This document shows positions 29,362 to 32,000 of a stretch of DNA of 32,000 nucleotides, piece after piece. Under the pieces are notes generated by a model. That model worked only from the letters and a program-made list of their open reading frames with translations, was not told the origin of the DNA and did not search any database. This DNA is from Synechocystis sp. PCC 6803 substr. PCC-P (GTDB lineage Bacteria; Cyanobacteriota; Cyanobacteriia; Cyanobacteriales; Microcystaceae). Positions within the stretch are counted from its first letter, which is position 1. Each line of letters starts with the position of its first letter. Made by a program: the position numbers and the translations under genes. Where the stretch lies: contig NC_017039.1 of the NCBI RefSeq assembly GCF_000284455.1, positions 2,400,001-2,432,000 of the forward strand, given 5' to 3'.

Positions 29362-29523
29362 ATGGAAGGATTTATTGAATTATTGCAGGATGTTTGGGGT
29401 TTCTTGCGGCAAAGAAAAAAATATTGGCTATTACCCCTGATTTTAACCCTCGTTCTCCTGGGAGCCTTAATTGTTTTCACCCAAGGATCGGCGATCGCCC
29501 CCTTTATCTACACTCTCTTTTAA
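29362..29523 (+). CDS. DUF5989-like 53 aa membrane protein (absent from ORF track)
   Basis: MEGFIELLQDVWGFLRQRKKYWLLPLILTLVLLGALIVFTQGSAIAPFIYTLF*, single TM helix, 6 bp upstream of rnc. Confidence 0.8.
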   Translation: MEGFIELLQDVWGFLRQRKKYWLLPLILTLVLLGALIVFTQGSAIAPFIYTLF

Positions 29524-29529
29524 GCTTCC

Positions 29530-30264
29530 ATGTCTCTGCTTCCCCATCGTCAAACCCAGTTGAAGGCCCTACTGCGACGGTTGGGATTAACTGACAATAC
29601 CCCAGTGGATTGGAACCTAGTGGATTTGGCCCTCACCCATGCCAGTCAGTCCCCGGAACAAAATTACCAGCAATTGGAGTTTGTTGGGGATGCAGTGGTG
29701 CGGTTAGCCTCAGCGGAAGTGCTGATGAAACATTATCCCCAGACTTCAGTGGGGGAAATGTCTGCCCTGAGGGCGATTTTGGTCAGTGATCGTACCCTAG
29801 CCGGTTGGGGAGAATTGTATGGCCTAGACCGATTTCTTTGGATTACTCCGGCGGTCCTGGCAGACAAAAATGGGCGAGTTTCCCTGATGGCGGATAGCTT
29901 TGAGGCCTTATTGGGAGCTCTTTACCTTAGTGTGGGGGATTTATCCCTAATCCGCCCTTGGTTAAGCGAACATTTGTTGGCCAAAGCCACTGAAATTAGA
30001 CAAGATCCTGCCCTCCATAACTATAAAGAAGCTTTGCAGGCATGGACCCAAGCCCACTACAAATGTTTACCAGAATACCGAGTAGAACCCCTGGATCAAA
30101 ATTTGCCCCAACAGTCAGGTTTTCAGGCAACGGTTTGGCTTGGCGATCAACCATTGGGTAGTGGTAGTGGTTCATCGAAAAAAAGTGCTGAACAGGCCGC
30201 CGCTCAACAAGCCTACCAAGATTTTATTGCTAAGGAAATTTTACCCATGCCCAAAATAAATTAA
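29530..30264 (+). CDS. rnc: Ribonuclease III
   Basis: LALTHASQSPEQNYQQLEFVGDAVVRLASAEVLMKHYP motif and C-terminal dsRBD GSGSGSSKKSAEQAAAQQAYQDF. Confidence 0.95.
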   Translation: MSLLPHRQTQLKALLRRLGLTDNTPVDWNLVDLALTHASQSPEQNYQQLEFVGDAVVRLASAEVLMKHYPQTSVGEMSALRAILVSDRTLAGWGELYGLDRFLWITPAVLADKNGRVSLMADSFEALLGALYLSVGDLSLIRPWLSEHLLAKATEIRQDPALHNYKEALQAWTQAHYKCLPEYRVEPLDQNLPQQSGFQATVWLGDQPLGSGSGSSKKSAEQAAAQQAYQDFIAKEILPMPKIN

Positions 30265-30284
30265 TTTGGTTAGATAGAGTTGAG

Positions 30285-32000
30285 TTAACAGATATATTGC
30301 CGAGCCTGAATTTTAGCTAACAGTTGACCCATGCAAATGGCACCGTCGTTGGGCGGTAGTTCTCTGGGCCACAAAGGAGAAAAACCAGCTTTTTTGAGGG
30401 CAGTAATGGTACTGGCAAGCAAATAACAATTTTGAAAGCAACCTCCCCCCAGAGCAACTTTTTCGATTCCCTGCTGTTGGGCAATAGTGATAATTAAATT
30501 TACTAAACTGTTGTGGAATTTAGTGGCTATTAGGTTAGTTTTGCTTCTATCTTCTGTGGTTATAGCTTTAATTAAGGGGCGCCAATCAACAGCTAATTTT
30601 TTTTCCTTGTTGTTTAGAGTCAAAGGATAATACTCCTCAGTTAAATTTGGCATAATCTGAGCTTCCAGAGCTATGGCCGCCTGACCTTCAAAAGTTACTT
30701 CGTTAATCAATCCTATCAGTGTCGCAATACCGTCAAATAATCTTCCCATACTCGAAGTGAGCGGTGCTTGCCCTCGTTGCCAAAGTTGACGTAAATTTTT
30801 GTTGTTTAGATCCTGATTTAACCTGCTGTTTATCTTGTTTTTAAACCCATTATTGAAATTCAACCAATTTCCTAAAGAATCAGCAGAAAAATCATCACCA
30901 AAAGTGGGCCATAACAACGCCAAAGCAATCCGATGGGGATATTTAATGGCTTGTTGATTACCTAATAAATGAAATGGTTGTAGATGAGCAATTCTCTGCC
31001 AAGTACCTTGGGTGATTTTTAAAAATTCTCCCCCCCAAATAGTACCGTCCATGCCGTAGCCAGTGCCATCCCAAGCAATACCTAACACGGACTCCTCCAT
31101 AACTCCATGTTCCGCCATAACCGCTAAAATATGAGCATAGTGATGCTGCACAAAAGTGACAGGCAAAGCTTGGTTTTCAGCATATTGATGACTGAAATAA
31201 TCAGGGTGTAAATCTGCAACAATTTCCTGGGGAGAGAAATCGTATAGCTGGCTTAAATGGGCAATGGCTTCTTCAAAATTTTGGTAGGTGGGAGCAGAAT
31301 TCAAATCGCCCAAATGTTGGCTGACGTAAGCTTGATTTTGTTTGGCGATCGCCACTGTATTTTTATAATGACCTCCCATCGCCAATAGTTTTTTTTGAGT
31401 AGGCTTTGGTAAAGTAATGGGTTGAGGAGCGTAACCCCGGGCTCGACGCAAAAATAATGGCTTCCCAGCTACTATTTGGACAACGGAATCATCCACTGGA
31501 CAAACAATCGGGCGATCATGAACGAGAAAACCGTCAGCAATATTTTGTAACCGGGTTAAAGCGTCAATATTATCAATGCAAATTTGCTCCCCAGCTAAGT
31601 TACCACTGGTAGCTACCATGGGTTTCTTTAATTTTTTTAGTAATAAGTGATGCAAAGGAGTATAGGCTAACATTACGCCGACTCGGGGGTTGCCTGGGGC
31701 AATATTTTCCACCAAAATTAATTGTTTTTTTTTGTTTAATAACACAATAGGGGCGGCGGCACTTTGTAACAATTCAACTTCTAGATTATTAGGTTGGTAA
31801 TGCTCCACAATTTGACCAAGATTACCATACATTACCGCCAAAGGTTTATCCGGTCGATGTTTCCTTAATCTTAATTTTTCCACAGCTTCAAAATCAGTGG
31901 CATCACAACACAAATGGAAGCCACCTAAGCCTTTAATAGCGATAATATTGCCGACTTTTAAATTATCTACAGCAAAGTTTAAAGCTTCATTTGCTTCTGC
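30285..32000 (-). CDS. hypF: Carbamoyltransferase HypF (hydrogenase maturation), partial: N-terminus beyond window end
   Basis: Frame stays open to 32000 (AEANEALNFAVDNLKVGNIIAIKGLGGFHLCCDATDFEAVEKLRLRKHRPDKPLAVM); DLHPDYFSHQYA, GIAWDGTGYG, ALGGGCFQN Kae1-like motifs. The track start at 31913 is a spurious TTG. Confidence 0.95.
   Translation of the reverse strand, partial: AEANEALNFAVDNLKVGNIIAIKGLGGFHLCCDATDFEAVEKLRLRKHRPDKPLAVMYGNLGQIVEHYQPNNLEVELLQSAAAPIVLLNKKKQLILVENIAPGNPRVGVMLAYTPLHHLLLKKLKKPMVATSGNLAGEQICIDNIDALTRLQNIADGFLVHDRPIVCPVDDSVVQIVAGKPLFLRRARGYAPQPITLPKPTQKKLLAMGGHYKNTVAIAKQNQAYVSQHLGDLNSAPTYQNFEEAIAHLSQLYDFSPQEIVADLHPDYFSHQYAENQALPVTFVQHHYAHILAVMAEHGVMEESVLGIAWDGTGYGMDGTIWGGEFLKITQGTWQRIAHLQPFHLLGNQQAIKYPHRIALALLWPTFGDDFSADSLGNWLNFNNGFKNKINSRLNQDLNNKNLRQLWQRGQAPLTSSMGRLFDGIATLIGLINEVTFEGQAAIALEAQIMPNLTEEYYPLTLNNKEKKLAVDWRPLIKAITTEDRSKTNLIATKFHNSLVNLIITIAQQQGIEKVALGGGCFQNCYLLASTITALKKAGFSPLWPRELPPNDGAICMGQLLAKIQARQYIC

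Larger units (their letters stand above)
1123..31352. repeat. Dispersed HIP1 palindrome GCGATCGC, about 24 copies
   Basis: Exact octamers read by eye at about 1123, 1368, 1583, 2647, 3601, 4705, 6795, 11647, 12468, 14341, 14679, 15169, 16023, 19801, 21038, 22477, 22664, 24232, 25537, 26436, 28143, 29053, 29491, 31345. Confidence 0.9.

Noticed and set aside
1-32000. CRISPR arrays, transposons, prophage, retrons, toxin-antitoxin or other defence islands
   Set aside because: No regularly spaced repeats, transposase/integrase/RT motifs, or paired toxin-antitoxin ORFs were seen by eye. The coiled-coil micro-gene at 5064 has no partner that would support a TA call.
30285-32000. hypF as part of the SxtJ/DUF5989 system
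   Set aside because: HypF has its own hydrogenase-maturation domain order (YrdC then Kae1-like) and is convergently oriented beyond rnc, so adjacency is not enough to assign a shared function.

Overview
This 32 kb window looks like an ordinary stretch of cyanobacterial chromosome. Gene content resembles Synechocystis sp. PCC 6803 or a close relative; that is recognition from memory, not a database search. It carries core genes: secD (3' end), secF, lpxD, rpmI/rplT, radC, a TrhO-type rhodanese, tRNA-Ala(UGC), urtD, an ABC-2 exporter pair, purF, psbT, nrdR, a 2-Cys peroxiredoxin, rbfA, folD, an MCE/MlaD protein, an FAD amine oxidase, sasA, tpiA, a PerM-family protein, petB/petD, a glycosyltransferase, an SxtJ-like/DUF5989-like pair, rnc and hypF (partial). 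There is no CRISPR array, transposase, integrase, phage module or recognisable defence island. I found no convincing previously undescribed system. The best second-look items are: (1) a broken or two-part coiled-coil/TM micro-gene after the tRNA; (2) a TerB-like C-terminal extension fused to UrtD; (3) an ABC-2 exporter, small secreted protein and DUF4340-like protein in one co-directional cluster; (4) an SxtJ-like/DUF5989-like pair without its usual O-carbamoyltransferase; (5) a glycosyltransferase with a coiled-coil tail in an AT-rich island after petBD; (6) about 24 HIP1 (GCGATCGC) palindromes with two long gaps; (7) small genes missing from the ORF track (psbT, the DUF5989-like gene, the coiled-coil gene).
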